In this document: positions 52,627 to 64,000 of the stretch, in pieces | How the letters are laid out: every line of letters starts with the position of its first letter | How positions within the stretch are numbered: position 1 is the first letter of the stretch | Origin: Bdellovibrionales bacterium | GTDB lineage: Bacteria > Bdellovibrionota > Bdellovibrionia > Bdellovibrionales > UBA1609 | Assembly: GCA_965261545.1 (NCBI GenBank) | Contig: CBDHDF010000002.1 | Span: 384,001-448,000 of the forward strand | DNA: 64,000 bases | Direction of reading: 5' to 3' | Program-made: the position numbers and the translations under genes | The notes under the pieces: model-generated | What the model was told of the DNA's origin: nothing | Database searches by the model: none | What the model saw: only the letters and a program-made list of their open reading frames with translations

Positions 52627-53884
52627 CCCTCAACACACTCTCTCTCAATACCAAGAAGCCTATGTATGGGTATGGCTACCCAATGAGACAACACCAGTGG
52701 TTGCCGGAAAGTTGGAAGCTGATGGCGATAAACTGCTGTTTAACTATGGTCAAAGTTATCTCAATCGCATCAATAAAATGCCACGCGCTATCCCTATATA
52801 TGAACCGGAGCTACCTCTTAAACCCAGCATCCAGCCACTCTTAGAGGGGTTGAATATGCCCGGATGCATTCGCGACGCTGCGCCTGATGCGTGGGGTCGA
52901 CGCATTATTATCAACAAGAAATTAGGACTCAAAGGTACAGGCACAGATACTGCAAATCTTGACGAACTGACCTATCTACTTGAATCCGGTTCAGATCGTA
53001 TTGGTGCGCTCGATTTCCAACTCTCACCAACTGAGTATGTGCCACGCACAGCAAACAATGTGAGCATAGACGAGCTTATTGATTCTGCACAGCGTGTAGA
53101 ACAAGGCATACCTCTAACCCCGGATCTTGACCAGGCACTCTTTCATGGTAGTTCTATCGGAGGCGCACGCCCCAAGGCGCTGATAGAAGAAGATGGTGTA
53201 AAATATATTGCCAAGTTTTCAGCCAGCGCAGACCTCTACAGCGTTGTAAAAGCCGAGTTTATTGCAATGAAACTGGCCTCAATGGCTGGACTGGATGTCG
53301 CTCTCGTAAAGATGACAAGTGCTGCAAATAAAGATGTTTTACTCATTCAGCGATTTGATCGTGAATACACAAAAAGCGGCTGGATACGAAAAGCGATGGT
53401 CTCGGCTCTAACACTGTTTGGCCTTGACGACATGATGGCACGCTATGCTAGCTATGAGACATTCGCTGAAATCATTCGCCACCGATTTACTGACCCTAAA
53501 GATACACTGAAAGAATTATTTTCCAGGTTGATTTTCAATATTCTTTGCGGAAACACGGACGACCATGCACGCAATCATGCAGCCTTCTGGGATGGTAAGT
53601 ATCTCAGCCTTACCCCCGCCTACGATATATGCCCACAAGGACGATCAGGAAACGAAGCCTCTCAAGCCATGCTGATATCTGGAAGTAATAACCTGAGCAA
53701 GATTAAAACCTGCCTCGAAAGTGCACATAATTTTTTACTGGCTAAAGAAGATGCCATTGAAATTTTCGAGCATCAAAGATCTGTCATTGAACAGAATTGG
53801 GATGCGGTGTGCGATGAGGCAAATTTAAGCGAAGTTGATAAAAACCTCTTCTGGAGAAGACAGTTTCTCAATCCTTTTTCATGA
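52613..53884 (+). CDS. HipA-family kinase toxin
   Basis: DAAPDAWGR, SIGGARPKA, GNTDDHARNH, LTPAYD. Confidence 0.92.
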   Translation: MMTSNPQHTLSQYQEAYVWVWLPNETTPVVAGKLEADGDKLLFNYGQSYLNRINKMPRAIPIYEPELPLKPSIQPLLEGLNMPGCIRDAAPDAWGRRIIINKKLGLKGTGTDTANLDELTYLLESGSDRIGALDFQLSPTEYVPRTANNVSIDELIDSAQRVEQGIPLTPDLDQALFHGSSIGGARPKALIEEDGVKYIAKFSASADLYSVVKAEFIAMKLASMAGLDVALVKMTSAANKDVLLIQRFDREYTKSGWIRKAMVSALTLFGLDDMMARYASYETFAEIIRHRFTDPKDTLKELFSRLIFNILCGNTDDHARNHAAFWDGKYLSLTPAYDICPQGRSGNEASQAMLISGSNNLSKIKTCLESAHNFLLAKEDAIEIFEHQRSVIEQNWDAVCDEANLSEVDKNLFWRRQFLNPFS

Positions 53885-53956
53885 GTGTTTGGTCTGTGAT
53901 AGAACTCTTGTTGGAAGACTTCTTCAATAGGGAAAAAATATAAATTTTGCAATAAT

Positions 53957-54134
53957 TGTTAGCTGACAATTAAAATGCCCCACCGTCGCCAATGAAAAGT
54001 GGCCACTTTTCAGAGGAGGACCTATGGTGATTTTTGGCATTGTCAACCGAGACGCATATAATCAATTGATATTACTCATAAAAAGGCTCCGAGCTGATAA
54101 GAACTCCTTTTGGGTTCTTGTCGACCTGGAAAGG
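53957..54134 (+). mobile_element. Left-end remnant of IS21-A
   Basis: Matches 7071-7248. Confidence 0.9.
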
Positions 54135-55212
54135 CAATGGCATTCGTTTAGTGAGAGATCCCATTCGGTTAAGGATTTGAACCTCTAACTCCTCGGGGGT
54201 GGGCTAACCCCAAGTTTTTTTCTTTGATCCATGTGATTATCCGTTGGCCATAGCCCCCCTAACCTCTTTACTGGGTCTCCATACTCCGATGGGTTTTCTA
54301 GAAACTCGGTCGTAATGCCTATTCGGACGTAGCCTTTGTCGGCAGGTCTTCATATTTGTAATGATGCAATTGAGGGTTTTACTAAGCACTACCTTTTGTT
54401 GAAGAAAAAGACCTTCAATATTTCTTGCAATTGTCAGTAAATTGTTTTTAAAGTTTGTCTGCATGGTTTGTTTTTTACTATGGGATTGAGATGTATTAAG
54501 ACGGTCTTCCGTGTAGTTGGAAAATAATCTTGTCAGAGTGATAAGTGTGAAGTGTGCAAACAATTCTTGTTTGACTCCCCTTTCACTTTGAGAATGAAAC
54601 TCTTCAATGGTCATCAGTTCTTTGGATATTTTGTACAGTTCCTCTATACTCCAGCGTCCATGATAGAGATTGGCCAGATCATCAATGGAATATTTTTTTT
54701 GATCCATTAAGGTTGTTCCTAGAACAAAAGTAGTTTGTCCAATTTTATATTTGACCAAACGCAAAGCGTAGGCTTTGAAGTCGTCTTGTGGCTTTTTTTT
54801 ATGTAGTTCTTTCAGAATTTGCTTGCTAGGAATGACTTGGATCACTGAGTCTTTTTGATCATTATTAATAAATTCATCAAAAACAGTGTTGGCATTTCTC
54901 CTTATCCTAAACACCGCATGCAGACTTCGCACCTTATGCTCATGAAGCATTTCGTAGGAATAATAGCCACGATCATAAACCACAACATCGTTTTCAAACA
55001 ATTTTTTGAAATGAGTTTGTGCAGCCTTTCTCTCATTGTTATGGGCAAAGAGATCAAAATCCACAGGAATCTTCGACTGTAGTTGGTACAGGCAACTGAC
55101 AAGACCTTGAGGGTACCATGCTTTTTCCCATGGTTGCTGATACCCATTATCTACGAGTTGACGTGGTAAATTTATTTTCGATCCATCCACTGCGAAAACC
55201 TTATGGCCCTTC
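54135..55212 (-). mobile_element. Second IS4-family element, 5'-truncated by IS3 (transposase remnant 54237-55212)
   Basis: caatggcattcg end; AVDGSK, YDRGY, YHGRWSIEELYK. Confidence 0.8.
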
Positions 55213-55287
55213 TATAGTGGACCCCAAAAACAGACTGGTTGCTAAGTTACACCGCAGCGGGTAAAAAGCCCCTCATAGGAGGGGATA

Positions 55288-55578
55288 ATGAGAAAGAAAC
55301 ACAGCGCACAATTTAAGGCCAGAGTCGCACTTGACGCCATTCGTGAGACTGACACAATGGCAGAGTTGGCCTCCAAGCATGGAGTTCACCGCATCCAAAT
55401 CCAAGATTGGAAGAAGCAAGCTATTGAAGCCATTCCTAAGGCCTTAGCGAGCAAAAAAAAGGACAACAACGAGGTAGAAGAACAAAGAAAAACCATTGAT
55501 GAATTGTATCGGCAAATAGGGCAGTTAAAGGTTGAAAATGATTGGTTAAAAAAAAAATCTGAGAGCTTCAATGCCTGA
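55288..55578 (+). CDS. IS3 OrfA
   Basis: [31 protein letters not shown]. Confidence 0.9.
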   Translation: MRKKHSAQFKARVALDAIRETDTMAELASKHGVHRIQIQDWKKQAIEAIPKALASKKKDNNEVEEQRKTIDELYRQIGQLKVENDWLKKKSESFNA

Positions 55579-56419
55579 GAAAAAAGCCGCTATCAATTGG
55601 AAACATCCAAATATTTGTGTCACTCGCCAATGTGAGTTGCTAGGACTCTCTAAGGGAGCCTTGTACTACAAGCCCATACCTGAGAGTGCCTACAACTTAA
55701 AACTGATGAGTTTAATTGACAAACAGTACTTGGAGACCCCTTTTTATGGGAGCCGTAAAATGGCAGCTCACTTAAGACTTAATGGCCATGGGGTCAACCG
55801 CAAGAGGATTCAGCGGCTCATGGAAAAGATGTGTCTTTTCGCTATCTTCCCAGGTCCAAACACCAGTCAGCGAAACCATCAGCATAAGGTTTATCCCTAC
55901 CTACTTAAGGGGCTTAATATCTGCTCCCCCAACCAAGTGTGGGCTACTGATATTACTTTTATAAGGTTGTCTGGTGGCTTTGCTTACTTGGTAGCTGTGA
56001 TAGATTGGTTTAGCCGATTTGTTCTGTCTTGGAGACTTTCTAATAGCCTTGAGACAACTTTTTGTTTAGAAGTCTTTGAGGAAGCCATAGAAACATTTGG
56101 TTGCCCTGATATCGTCAATACTGATCAAGGGTGCCAATTCACTTCTGAGGTTTTCACAAAATTATTGAAAAATCATGGAATCTCGATCAGTATGGACGGC
56201 AAAGGCAGGTGTTTAGACAACATCATGATCGAGCGGCTTTGGCGGTCTGTTAAGTACGAAGAGGTTTACTTGAAAGGCTATCAAGACAAATCAATGGTTC
56301 AAGCCAACAAAGGTTTTAAAACGTATTTTAATTTTTATAATAATAAAAGGCCACACCAGTCTCTTCAGGATTGCACCCCTTATCAGGTGCATATGGGAGA
56401 GGTGGATTTAACACATTAA
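55571..56419 (+). CDS. IS3 OrfB (DDE)
   Basis: [30 protein letters not shown]. Confidence 0.92.
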   Translation: MPEKKAAINWKHPNICVTRQCELLGLSKGALYYKPIPESAYNLKLMSLIDKQYLETPFYGSRKMAAHLRLNGHGVNRKRIQRLMEKMCLFAIFPGPNTSQRNHQHKVYPYLLKGLNICSPNQVWATDITFIRLSGGFAYLVAVIDWFSRFVLSWRLSNSLETTFCLEVFEEAIETFGCPDIVNTDQGCQFTSEVFTKLLKNHGISISMDGKGRCLDNIMIERLWRSVKYEEVYLKGYQDKSMVQANKGFKTYFNFYNNKRPHQSLQDCTPYQVHMGEVDLTH

Positions 56420-56687
56420 CACGGGGCTTCTTTGTGCGCTGTGGTGTAGCTTAAAAATCAAGTTTTTCAGTCTGACATTGGGGTCCACCTCAGCCTATAG
56501 TGGACGGGAAGATGAGCTGTAAGCTATCAGCCAACGAATTCCCTCAATAGCCTTTCTGCTCTGTCTGATTCGGCTCATTCAACCAAAATAGACAATTAGG
56601 TGAGTAAAATCAAATACTTGAATAAAATATGTTCCGTTTTGTCGGTATTTATTGACAATTGCCGACATTTTGGAACATCATAAGACT

Positions 56688-57287
56688 ATGGGAAACCACA
56701 GCCAAAAAATCCTAGACCTCGCTCATTCACATGGACTGATCCGCCCACGGGACCTCACTCAGCATGGGGTGCCTCGCATGGCTCTGACTCGCCTTGTGCG
56801 CCAGGGCCTGCTTATTCAAGTAGGAAGGGGTCTTTACTCTTTACCTGATAGACCTGTAACAGAAAACATCTCTCTTGCTGAGGTTTCTCGCAAATGCCCA
56901 CAAGGTATAGTGTGTCTGCTATCCGCATTGCGGGTCCATGAGTTAACCACTCAATCCCCCTTTGAAATTTGGCTTGCTATTCCCAACAAATCCAGACCCC
57001 CAAAAATGAAGTACCCACCTCTGCGTATTGTGCGATTTTCTGGATTGGCTCTCACTGAAGGTATTGACGAACAACAAGTTGGATGTGTTCCTGTTCATAT
57101 CACAAATGTGGCCCGCACAGTAGCTGACTGCTTCAAATACCGAAATAAAATCGGCCTTGAGGTGGCTCTGGAGGCTCTCGAAGAGGCTTGGCACAACAAA
57201 CGAACAAATATGGATGAGCTTTGGCATTATGCCTCAATCTGTCGGGTAACAAACATCATGCGACCTTACTTGGAGAGTTTAGTATGA
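56688..57287 (+). CDS. abiEi: Type IV TA antitoxin AbiEi
   Basis: GRGLY, CLLSAL..HELTTQ, ARTVADCFKYRNKIG. Confidence 0.88.
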   Translation: MGNHSQKILDLAHSHGLIRPRDLTQHGVPRMALTRLVRQGLLIQVGRGLYSLPDRPVTENISLAEVSRKCPQGIVCLLSALRVHELTTQSPFEIWLAIPNKSRPPKMKYPPLRIVRFSGLALTEGIDEQQVGCVPVHITNVARTVADCFKYRNKIGLEVALEALEEAWHNKRTNMDELWHYASICRVTNIMRPYLESLV

Positions 57288-58219
57288 GCCAAAGAAACAT
57301 AGCCGCCTCTGTAAGAAATCGCCTACTCAAAGTTGCCAAAGAAAATCAGAAAGACTTCAACCTACTTGTTACTCGGTATTGTATCGAACGGCTGATGTAT
57401 CGCCTCAGTATCTCTGAATATGTTGATCGTTTTCTGCTAAAAGGAGCTTTGCTATTTGACCTGTGGTTTGATATTCCTCATCGCCCCACACGAGATGCAG
57501 ACTTTTTGGGCCTTGGCCCTTCTGACATAGCAACCATAAGAAATACTTTCAAAGAAATCTGTGACATTGGCATAAAAGACGGAGTTACATTTAAATCGGA
57601 AACTGTGGATGTTAAGGAAATTCGCAAGGAAGCCAACTATCCGGGCTTGCGTGTAACTCTCTTGGCGATGATTGAAAGTATGAGGTGTTCCATTCAGGTT
57701 GATATAGGTTTTGGAGATGCCGTTACACCCAGCCCAGAAGATATTGAATACCCCACAATCTTAGGGGAGTTCGCAGCACCCAGACTACAATCCTACCCAC
57801 GTTATACTGTCGTTGCAGAAAAACTTGAGGCTTTAAGCAAACTTGGAATAGCCAATAGTCGTATGAAAGATTATTTCGACCTATGGGTTCTGGCTCATCA
57901 CAGCGACTTTAAGGGTGACATACTTCTCAAATCTATTCAGGCAACATTTATACGTCGGCAAACAGAGAGACCCCATGAAAAACCCTTTGGGCTCACTGAT
58001 GCTTTCGCTCAAGATACCCAGAAGCAAACACAATGGTCTGCTTTCTTGCGAAAGAACTCTCTTGAAGCACTTCCTTTAAAAGATGTTGTACACTTTCTTT
58101 CTGATTTCTTGTCACCAGTCATCCAGTCGGGAGGTGCGAGCCAGCCCTTTGATTTGCTTTGGAAACCTGGTGGTCCTTGGTTATTGAAGATCATGTCTAA
58201 TGATGGAGGTTCATTATGA
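57284..58219 (+). CDS. abiEii: Nucleotidyltransferase toxin AbiEii
   Basis: FLLKGALL, RPTRDADF, DIGFGD, AEKLEA, NSRMKDYFD. Confidence 0.9.
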   Translation: MSQRNIAASVRNRLLKVAKENQKDFNLLVTRYCIERLMYRLSISEYVDRFLLKGALLFDLWFDIPHRPTRDADFLGLGPSDIATIRNTFKEICDIGIKDGVTFKSETVDVKEIRKEANYPGLRVTLLAMIESMRCSIQVDIGFGDAVTPSPEDIEYPTILGEFAAPRLQSYPRYTVVAEKLEALSKLGIANSRMKDYFDLWVLAHHSDFKGDILLKSIQATFIRRQTERPHEKPFGLTDAFAQDTQKQTQWSAFLRKNSLEALPLKDVVHFLSDFLSPVIQSGGASQPFDLLWKPGGPWLLKIMSNDGGSL

Positions 58220-58398
58220 ATGATAAATTAAAGAGCATATTCTCCAATCCCAAAGACTACATGCGAACAAATAGACCAGAACTGTTTTCTGATTCTATCT
58301 TAAAAACTAAAAACATATTACATGATTCTATCTTAAAAACTAAAAACATATTACATAAAACAATACTTGAATATCAACTAGACACTCTGACAAGTAGA
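58216..58398 (+). pseudogene. N-terminal stub of a gene coupled to abiEii, with a 33-bp tandem duplication, cut by an IS21 end
   Basis: GGAGG RBS, ATGA overlap; DSILKTKNILH twice. Confidence 0.55.
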
Positions 58399-58952
58399 CC
58401 CGGAGGGGCGGACAAAACCATCCATTTGTGGGCTAACAAAACCATCCATTTAGGGTGATCTGACAAGATGGGCTCACCCTACATTTAATTTTTTATCTTG
58501 ACAAGTCGGTTTGAAGCTTCCTTCAATCGGTAGCTTTTTCCCTCAAATTTTAATAGTTGGCTGCAGTGGAGAAGGCGATCCAGGATGGCAGAGGCCACGG
58601 TATTATCGCCCAAACACTTTCCCCAGTCCTCAATAATGCGATTGGAGGTAATAAGAGTGCTTTTTCTCGCTGAGTATCGATCCAGAATGATTTCCTGGAA
58701 GTCATCACAAGCCTCTGGTGGGATGCGCTTTCTAAGAAAAAGATCATCAATGATCAATAGGTCCACATGGATGAGTTGGGTGTAGAACCTCTTTCTGCGC
58801 CCCAGCTGCCTGGCCTCAAAGAGATTTTCAAAGAGCTTGTGAGCTTCCTGATACAAAACCTTGTAATTTGATATGGAACAGACCTTGGTGGCTATAGCTT
58901 TTGCAATGTGGCTTTTTCCAGTTCCAGGGGAGCCAATAAGCAAGGCTCCCTC
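58399..58952 (-). mobile_element. istB: IS21 remnant: terminal repeats and IstB C-terminal part (58485-58952), cut by IS3
   Basis: GSPGTGKSH, LIIDD, TSNR, AILDRLLH; repeated caaaaccatccattt. Confidence 0.8.
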
Positions 58953-60232
58953 TGAGGTGGACCCCAATGTCAGACTGAAAAACTTGATTTTTAAGCTACA
59001 CCACAGCGCACAAAGAAGCCCCGTGTTAATGTGTTAAATCCACCTCTCCCATATGCACCTGATAAGGGGTGCAATCCTGAAGAGACTGGTGTGGCCTTTT
59101 ATTATTATAAAAATTAAAATACGTTTTAAAACCTTTGTTGGCTTGAACCATTGATTTGTCTTGATAGCCTTTCAAGTAAACCTCTTCGTACTTAACAGAC
59201 CGCCAAAGCCGCTCGATCATGATGTTGTCTAAACACCTGCCTTTGCCGTCCATACTGATCGAGATTCCATGATTTTTCAATAATTTTGTGAAAACCTCAG
59301 AAGTGAATTGGCACCCTTGATCAGTATTGACGATATCAGGGCAACCAAATGTTTCTATGGCTTCCTCAAAGACTTCTAAACAAAAAGTTGTCTCAAGGCT
59401 ATTAGAAAGTCTCCAAGACAGAACAAATCGGCTAAACCAATCTATCACAGCTACCAAGTAAGCAAAGCCACCAGACAACCTTATAAAAGTAATATCAGTA
59501 GCCCACACTTGGTTGGGGAAGCAGATATTAAGCCCCTTAAGTAGGTAGGGATAAACCTTATGCTGATGGTTTCGCTGACTGGTGTTTGGACCTGGGAAGA
59601 TAGCGAAAAGACACATCTTTTCCATGAGCCGCTGAATCCTCTTGCGGTTGACCCCATGGCCATTAAGTCTTAAGTGAGCTGCCATTTTACGGCTCCCATA
59701 AAAAGGGGTCTCCAAGTACTGTTTGTCAATTAAACTCATCAGTTTTAAGTTGTAGGCACTCTCAGGTATGGGCTTGTAGTACAAGGCTCCCTTAGAGAGT
59801 CCTAGCAACTCACATTGGCGAGTGACACAAATATTTGGATGTTTCCAATTGATAGCGGCTTTTTTCTCAGGCATTGAAGCTCTCAGATTTTTTTTTTAAC
59901 CAATCATTTTCAACCTTTAACTGCCCTATTTGCCGATACAATTCATCAATGGTTTTTCTTTGTTCTTCTACCTCGTTGTTGTCCTTTTTTTTGCTCGCTA
60001 AGGCCTTAGGAATGGCTTCAATAGCTTGCTTCTTCCAATCTTGGATTTGGATGCGGTGAACTCCATGCTTGGAGGCCAACTCTGCCATTGTGTCAGTCTC
60101 ACGAATGGCGTCAAGTGCGACTCTGGCCTTAAATTGTGCGCTGTGTTTCTTTCTCATTATCCCCTCCTATGAGGGGCTTTTTACCCGCTGCGGTGTAACT
60201 TAGCAACCAGTCTGTTTTTGGGGTCCACTATA
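58953..60232 (-). mobile_element. IS3-family element copy 2 (orfA 60157-59867, orfB 59874-59026)
   Basis: Near-identical inverted copy of 55213-56492. Confidence 0.92.
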
Positions 60233-60289
60233 GGCTCAAACTCGTAAAATTAACCTCATGGAGAAATCTAACAATAAAATATTCAGAGC

Positions 60290-60455
60290 ATGGTTCCTTA
60301 AAAATCGAGCTTCAGGATTTAAGAGCTTAAAGGGTTTTGAGAATATGATTTACTTGTGTGCTGGGGATTTGGATATTGTTGGAAGTTTCCCCAAGCGTTT
60401 TTGTACACTGTAGCTTTTATCGTCGGCCAACATTCCTTTTTCTAATTCACCCCAA
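60290..60455 (+). pseudogene. ISL3 transposase 3' fragment, related to ~35700-35860
   Basis: KNRASGFK.L.GFENMIYLCAGDLDIVGSFPKRFCTL. Confidence 0.7.
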
Positions 60456-60464
60456 TACTTAAGA

Positions 60465-60765
60465 CCACTATTGTTCACCACTAAATTCAAGTGCTTTTTG
60501 TAAGCTCGATTTTGCCAACCGATCCATTCATCACGGCAAGGCAAAGTGGATGTGCCAGCTTCAAATAAAAGACAACCCAATCTTCGCCCACAATTATCTA
60601 AGATGAAATAGCGTAAGGAGGTGTTAAAAAATAACTTGAACTATTTAACTTTAGTTTGAGATAGTAAAAACATAAGAATATGTTCAAGTTATTTTTTAAC
60701 ACCTCCTAAGTGGGGACCAAAGGGACGTCTGTAATTGAGATAATGATGCCGATCGACAACTGTAC
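60465..60765 (-). pseudogene. DUF4338-like gene fragment interrupted by a 90-bp MITE
   Basis: Rejoined VDRHHYLNYRRPFGPHLRYFI..LGCLLF..RDEWIGW..VVNNS. Confidence 0.65.
60617..60706. mobile_element. 90-bp MITE (IS5-like ends)
   Basis: Perfect 25-bp TIR ggaggtgttaaaaaataacttgaac; TAA duplication. Confidence 0.85.
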
Positions 60766-60890
60766 AATTGCGCGTATTGCCCGCACTGGTTGCACCCATT
60801 ACCCTCACTTTCCCTATTTCAATGCGTCATTGATGATTTTCCTTCCCATTTCTGGGGAAAATTTTAGTTAATTTGTAATCCTATTTCTTC

Positions 60891-61432
60891 CTATTTTAGG
60901 GAAAAGTCCTGGTCAAGTTTTGTTCCCTGGATTTTTCGATAACTCTCTCCTTTAAGTAAAATTTTTATGGCGGTATGCTTCAAACGGTCGATGATAGTAT
61001 CTGCCAGCACCTCATCATCAATAATTTCTGACCAATGCGTTATTGGCAGTTGAGTGGTAATAATGGTGGACCTATCGGAACGAAACTTTAAAATATCGCA
61101 GAAGTCTGTGGATTCACTTTGGGAGAACTTCCTTAATCCAAAGTCATCAAAAATTAACACTTGGGGGCGGCCCAGACGACGCAAGTAGTTCAAATACCTT
61201 CCTGAGTGCCTTTCCAGGGCCAAGGTTTCTAGAAATATGTTGATGTCTATAAACAGTGTGGAGATTCTGGATTGACAACACTGGTGTCCCAGGCTCTGGG
61301 CCAAGAAGGTTTTACCCACCCCGTTGGCCCTTCGACAATGATAGACCTTTGCTCCTTAACCCATGATAAAGTTTGAAGCCTATCCACCTCTCTTTTACTA
61401 ATAGACCTTTTGGCATGGTGGTCAAATGCCTC
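60891..61432 (-). pseudogene. istB: IstB fragment, frameshifted and truncated by IS4
   Basis: GKTFLA, LIFDDFG, TTQLP, TIIDRL. Confidence 0.8.
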
Positions 61433-61442
61433 ACCTCTGACC

Positions 61443-62859
61443 CAATGCCGTTTCCTTAAGAAAAATCTCTTGAAATCATTAGATAAATCGACAAGAATAA
61501 GACTTGTTTTATTTTACACCCAACCCTCAACCAAGGAGTAAGTCACATGCAATCCAATATTGATCTCGAAAGCCCCCAAATGACGAGTTCGCGTCACAGA
61601 TGACCATTTTATTCTACCAAAACTTGATTCTTCCTTCAAGCCAGAGCACCTTGTCGATCCAGAAAAACAAAAAAGGAATCGAAAATTTAATCCTCAAATT
61701 TTCTTTTTTACCATTATCTATCTTATTTCCGGAACAAATTACGAAGGCTACCAAATCGCTCTTAAGACGGTATGGACTCATTTTGGTGACCTGCTTCTCA
61801 TGCCAGTCAAAAGCAGTCTCAGCAAGATACGTCAAAGTATTTCTTACCTATTTTTCAAAGATATCTTTGAATCTCTGATTACAGACTACGAACCATTGAG
61901 AAAAACGTTTCATGGTTTTTATATCTATGCCATAGATGGCGACCAATTAGCACTTCCTCGCTCTAAAGATCTTTTAAAGGAGGGTTATTGTGGGTACCCT
62001 TGCCCAAATGAGATGGAAACTCATTTCTTACGTATGTATCTATCTCATGCTTATGACGTTTTATCGGGTGTGACAAAGAATCTTTGCTATTCTCCCGCTC
62101 TCAACGAAATCGCCAATGCTATTCAAATGATAGGTAGTTTTGAGAGTAATAGCATAACTCTCTACGATAGGCTTTATTTATCTACAGAGATTATTAAGGC
62201 CCATGCTCAAGCCAGTAACTTCTTTATTGCGCGTTGTAAGCGAGGCTCTACTTTTATCCCCATCGTAAATTTATTTAATGGCCCAGGTTGGTATTCACAA
62301 ATGGTTATTGAGGGGGTGGTCATTCATCTCTATAAGTATAAAAACCCAAAGACTGGGGAGTTCTCTGTTTTGGCCACTAATCTTCCGCATGGCTCCTTGG
62401 ACAAGAAGGATATGGTTGCTCTTTACTCTCGTCGTTGGGAAATAGAAACGACATTTCGTGATTTTACATCGACAATGAAAATGGAGCAGTGGCACTCAAC
62501 AAGCCTTAATGGAATATTGCAAGAGCTGTATTCTTATTTTTGGCTCTTCAATTATACAAAGATTCAAATGAGCATAAATGAGGATGAAGACAGTGTGAAT
62601 CAGTTGGTAAAAAATGACTACAAAAAACCTAACTTTAAACTGATTCTTGATTTCATAATGGATAGCATCCCCCTTTTTGTTGCGGGGCTCTATCAGAAAT
62701 TTAGGAAGCAGATAAAGTTGCTGATGAAGATTTCAATGGAGAAGAGGAGGCACTTCAAAAGAAGCTATGAAAGGTCTATCAAAAGGGCTGGGAGTTCTTT
62801 TAAAAGAAATAGCTTAACGCAGAGGCAGAGGGGTGTGGTGGCTTAAGGAAACGGCATTG
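61443..62859 (+). mobile_element. IS4-family element copy 2 (1417 bp; transposase 61800-62846)
   Basis: 18-bp IRs; 10-bp TSD ACCTCTGACC. Confidence 0.93.
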
Positions 62860-62869
62860 ACCTCTGACC

Positions 62870-64000
62870 CAATGCCGTTTCCTTAAGAAAAATCTCTTGA
62901 AATCATTAGATAAATCGACAAGAATAAGACTTGTTTTATTTTACACCCAACCCTCAACCAAGGAGTAAGTCACATGCAATCCAATATTGATCTCGAAAGC
63001 CCCCAAATGACGAGTTCGCGTCACAGATGACCATTTTATTCTACCAAAACTTGATTCTTCCTTCAAGCCAGAGCACCTTGTCGATCCAGAAAAACAAAAA
63101 AGGAATCGAAAATTTAATCCTCAAATTTTCTTTTTTACCATTATCTATCTTATTTCCGGAACAAATTACGAAGGCTACCAAATCGCTCTTAAGACGGTAT
63201 GGACTCATTTTGGTGACCTGCTTCTCATGCCAGTCAAAAGCAGTCTCAGCAAGATACGTCAAAGTATTTCTTACCTATTTTTCAAAGATATCTTTGAATC
63301 TCTGATTACAGACTACGAACCATTGAGAAAAACGTTTCATGGTTTTTATATCTATGCCATAGATGGCGACCAATTAGCACTTCCTCGCTCTAAAGATCTT
63401 TTAAAGGAGGGTTATTGTGGGTACCCTTGCCCAAATGAGATGGAAACTCATTTCTTACGTATGTATCTATCTCATGCTTATGACGTTTTATCGGGTGTGA
63501 CAAAGAATCTTTGCTATTCTCCCGCTCTCAACAAAATCGCCAATGCTATTCAAATGATAGGTAGTTTTGAGAGTAATAGCATAACTCTCTACGATAGGCT
63601 TTATTTATCTACAGAGATTATTAAGGCCCATGCTCAAGCCAGTAACTTCTTTATTGCGCGTTGTAAGCGAGGCTCTACTTTTATCCCCATCGTAAATTTA
63701 TTTAATGGCCCAGGTTGGTATTCACAAATGGTTATTGAGGGGGTGGTCATTCATCTCTATAAGTATAAAAACCCAAAGACTGGGGAGTTCTCTGTTTTGG
63801 CCACTAATCTTCCGCATGGCTCCTTGGACAAGAAGGATATGGTTGCTCTTTACTCTCGTCGTTGGGAAATAGAAACGACATTTCGTGATTTTACATCGAC
63901 AATGAAAATGGAGCAGTGGCACTCAACAAGCCTTAATGGAATATTGCAAGAGCTGTATTCTTATTTTTGGCTCTTCAATTATACAAAGATTCAAATGAGC
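62870..64000 (+). mobile_element. IS4-family element copy 3, tandem to copy 2, runs off the window
   Basis: IR starts immediately after the 10-bp TSD. Confidence 0.92.

Larger units (their letters stand above)
55213..56492 (+). mobile_element. IS3-family element copy 1
   Basis: IRs tatagtggacccc / ggggtccacctca; orfA/orfB with an A10 slippery run near 55548. Confidence 0.92.

Overview
A bacterial window dominated by mobile DNA, with one ~11 kb housekeeping block (37.4-48.6 kb: lptD, site-2 protease, scpA/scpB, LuxR-type regulator, mutS, two PTPS/QueD-like genes, SDR; tentatively Bdellovibrionota-like). The first 17.7 kb holds nine near-identical genes for a coiled-coil plus C-terminal PD-(D/E)XK nuclease-fold protein (DUF3782-like). 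Every copy has a different coil length built from 7- and 11-residue modules, and copies have exchanged SNPs by recombination. A split ATAAAA target duplication indicates that the array was one direct tandem later inverted through IS1634 copies. A 626-nt ORF-less group II intron interrupts an IS256 transposase at codon 6: once in one copy, and as a precise head-to-tail twin in another. The remainder is nested IS21, IS4, IS256, IS1634, ISNCY, IS66, IS3 and ISL3 elements, two MITE types, a disrupted large-serine-recombinase element with terminal inverted repeats, a 5'-truncated RT-encoding group II intron, and TA/defence modules (DUF4258/DUF2283, XRE-HipA, AbiEi/AbiEii). All family assignments come from motif recognition by eye, not database searches.
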